The notes beneath the pieces were generated by a model. The model searched no databases and was not told the DNA's origin. It saw only the letters and a program-made list of their open reading frames with translations. DNA of 64,000 bases, taken from assembly GCA_965287045.1 (NCBI GenBank), contig OZ336874.1:25544001-25608000 (forward strand), given 5' to 3'. Positions 61,469 to 64,000 of the stretch are shown in pieces (position 1 is the stretch's first letter; each line of letters starts with the position of its first letter). The position numbers and the translations under genes were made by a program. This DNA comes from Carcharhinus amblyrhynchos (taxonomy: Eukaryota).

Positions 61469-62392
61469 ATGGCAGTTCAGGCAGTAAGCTGCATCTCCTG
61501 TGGGATGTATGTGGTGAGGGAATCTAGTAATGTTTCAGGGGAGTTTACTTGTAGGAAGTGTGTTAGATTGCAGCTTCTGGAGGAGCGTGTAAAGGAGCTG
61601 GAGGTGGAGTTAGAGGAACTCCGCATAATTCGGGAGGCAGAGGTGGAAATCGATAGGAGTTATAAGGAAATAGTTACTCCTAAAAATGAGTCTTGGGTCA
61701 CTGCCAGGAAGAGGGGAAAGAAGCAATCGGGGGGACAATCCCCTGGGGCGGTTCCCCTCCAAAATAGGTTTTCGGTCCTGGAGGCTACAGTTGAGGAGGA
61801 AACAACTGGGGATAGTCAAAGGGACCAGGTCACTGGGGGTGAGCCTAGTGTGAAAGCTCAGGTGGTTAGGGGCTGTAAACGATTGGGCCTCGTGATTGGG
61901 GACTCCACGGTTAAGGGGACAGATAGGAGGGTCGGAAGTAAAGGTAGGGACTCAGGGCTGGTGTGTTGCCTACCAGGGGCTGGGGTCCGGGATGTATCTG
62001 AAAAGGTATTCAGGACTCTTAGAGGAGAGGGAGATCAACCCCAAGTTATTGTTCATGTGGGGACACATGACATAGGGAGGTTAAGGGAAGGGGATATTAA
62101 GCAGAGATTTATGGAGTTGGGGTGGAAACTAAAGGCCAAGACTGATAGAGTGGTTATCTCTGGACTCTTGCCTGTGCCACGAGATAGTTTAGAGAGGAAT
62201 AGAGAAAGGGAAAGTTTGAACTTGTGGCTGAGAGGTTGGTGCAGGAGGGAGGGGTTCAGGTACTTAAGCAATTGGGGCTCGTTCTGGGGAAGGTGGGACC
62301 TCTATAAGAGGGATGGTCTACACCTGAATCAGAAGGGGACCAAGATCCTGGGGGGTAAGTTTGCTAGGGCTATGCAGGGAAGTTTAAACTGA
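61469..62392 (+). CDS. CR1 ORF1p: CxxC...CxxC zinc finger, coiled coil, SGNH/GDSL esterase-like domain
   Basis: CISC/CRKC; LQLLEERVKELEVELEEL; PLQNRFSVL; VIGDS, CLPGA, VHVGTHD, DGLHLN. Confidence 0.95.
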   Translation: MAVQAVSCISCGMYVVRESSNVSGEFTCRKCVRLQLLEERVKELEVELEELRIIREAEVEIDRSYKEIVTPKNESWVTARKRGKKQSGGQSPGAVPLQNRFSVLEATVEEETTGDSQRDQVTGGEPSVKAQVVRGCKRLGLVIGDSTVKGTDRRVGSKGRDSGLVCCLPGAGVRDVSEKVFRTLRGEGDQPQVIVHVGTHDIGRLREGDIKQRFMELGWKLKAKTDRVVISGLLPVPRDSLERNRERESLNLWLRGWCRREGFRYLSNWGSFWGRWDLYKRDGLHLNQKGTKILGGKFARAMQGSLN

Positions 62393-62402
62393 TTCGGAGG
62401 GG

Positions 62403-64000
62403 GTGGGGAACCTGAGTAGAGGGGTTGAAAGTGAGGGGTGCATGGATGGGGACTGCAATGCATGGCATCGCAGGGGTGGGGTGGAGCAGGGTTTGAAATG
62501 TGTATACTTCAATGCGAGGAGTATTCGCAATAAAGTGGGTGAACTTGCAGCGTGGATCAGTACCTGGGACTTCGATGTTGTGGCCATTTCAGAGACATGG
62601 ATAGAGCAGGGGCAGGAATGGATGCTGCAGGTCCCGGGGTTTAAATGTTTTAGTCGAAGTAGAGAAGGAGGTAGAAGGGGGGGAGGGGTAGCATTATTGG
62701 TCAGGGATTGTATCACAGTGTCAGAGAGGAGGTTTGATGAGGACTTGTCTGTTGAGGTAGTATGGGCGGAGATTAGAAATAGGAGAGGAGAGGTCACCCT
62801 GTTGGGAGTCTTTTATAGACCTCCTAAAAGTTCTAGAGAGGTTGAGGAAAGGATTGCGGAGACGATCCTGGTTAGGAGTGAAAGTAATAGGGTAATTGTT
62901 ATGGGGGATTTTAACTTTACTAATATTGATTGGAATTGTTATAGCTCTAGCTCGTTAGAGGGGTCAGTTTTTGTGCAAAGTGTGCAGGAAGGTTTTTTGA
63001 CTCAGTATGTAGATAGGCCAACTAGAGGTGAGGCTATATTGGATTTGGTGCTGGGAAATGAGCCAGATCAGGTGTTGGATTTGGAAGTTGGTGTGTATTT
63101 TGGTGATAGTGACCACAATTCGGTTACGTTCACCTTAGTGATGGAAAGGGATAGGCATGAACCTCGGGCCAGTGGTTTTAGCTGGGGGAAGGGTAATCAT
63201 GAGGCTATTAGGAGAGAATTAGGAAACATAGGTTGGACTAGGAGATTACAGGGACTGGGAACGTCTGAAATGTGGAGTTTTTTCAAGGAGCAGCTACTGC
63301 GAGTCTGTGATAGGTATGTATGTCCCTGTCAGGCAAGGTGGAATTGGTAAGGCTAGGGAACCGTGGTGCACCAAAAAAGTTGATTCGTTGGTTAAAAAGA
63401 AAAAGGAGGCTTATGTTCGGATGAGACGTGAGCACTCGGATAGTGCACTAGAGAGCTTTAGATTGGCTAGGAGGGAGTTGAAGAGCGAGCTAAGAAGGGC
63501 TAAAAGAGGACATGAGAAGACTTTGGCTGATAGGGTTAAGGAGAATCCTAAGGCATTCTATAGGTATGTCAAGAACAGAAGGTTGGTCAGGGCAAGGTTA
63601 GGGCCAGTTAGAGACGGCAGAGGGAAGTTATGTGTGGAACCGGAGGAAATTGGTGAAGCATTGAACCAATATTTCTCTTCGGTGTTCACGCAGGGGGACA
63701 TGGATATAGCTGAGGAGGACACTGGGTTGCAGGGGAGTAGAATTGATAGTGTTCCAGTTGATAAGGAGGATGTGCTGGATATTCTGGAGGGTCTGAAAAT
63801 AGATAAGTCCCCTGGTCCGGATGGGATTTACCCCAGGATTCTCTGGGAGGCAAGAGAAGTGATTGCAGAGCCTCTGGCTCTGATCTTCAGGTCGTCGTTG
63901 GCCTCTGGTATAGTACCAGATGATTGGAGGTTAGCGAATGTTGTCCCATTGTTTAAGAAGGGGAACAGAGACTTCCCCGGGAATTATAGACCGGTGAGTC
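62403..64000 (+). pseudogene. CR1 ORF2 (APE endonuclease plus RT N-terminus), frameshifted at ~63319 by a TATG duplication; open to the window end afterwards
   Basis: YFNARSI, ISETW, GGGVALLV, GVFYRPP, MGDFN, LDLVL, SDHN; after the shift EPWCT, ENPKAFYRYV, KSPGPDGIYPRIL, WRLANVVPLFKKG..GNYRPVS. Confidence 0.95.

Larger units (their letters stand above)
60874..64000 (+). mobile_element. Young, 5'-complete CR1-clade LINE (continues beyond the window)
   Basis: CpG-rich 5' UTR, intact ORF1, ORF2 endonuclease and RT N-terminus with no in-frame stops apart from one frameshift. Confidence 0.97.

Overview
This is a eukaryotic, repeat-dominated window. The repeat repertoire points to a cartilaginous fish (shark): tRNA/V-domain HE1-type SINEs, Deu-domain SINEs, CR1/HER1-type LINEs and Rex1/Babar LINEs. 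I recognise no intact host protein-coding gene, rRNA, tRNA gene or CRISPR array, and almost all short ORFs in the track are repeat by-products. The main intact feature is a young CR1-clade LINE starting at ~60874 and running off the window end. It has a tandem-monomer 5' UTR, an intact zinc-finger/coiled-coil/SGNH-esterase ORF1, and an endonuclease+RT ORF2 broken by a 4-bp duplication. Its ORF1 ends on an in-phase U-UUA-AAC slippery heptamer followed by G-tracts, suggesting -1 ribosomal frameshifting. Also present: a decayed PIF/Harbinger transposon with a Met-heptad partner gene, Harbinger-type MITEs, Penelope-like ends with hammerhead-like cores (one is an 88-bp palindrome), solo-LTR-like elements, a decayed coiled-coil coding region of unknown origin, and several repeat-free islands that may be regulatory. 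Family names come from motif recognition, not database searches. Boundaries of old repeats are approximate (about +/-20-50 bp).
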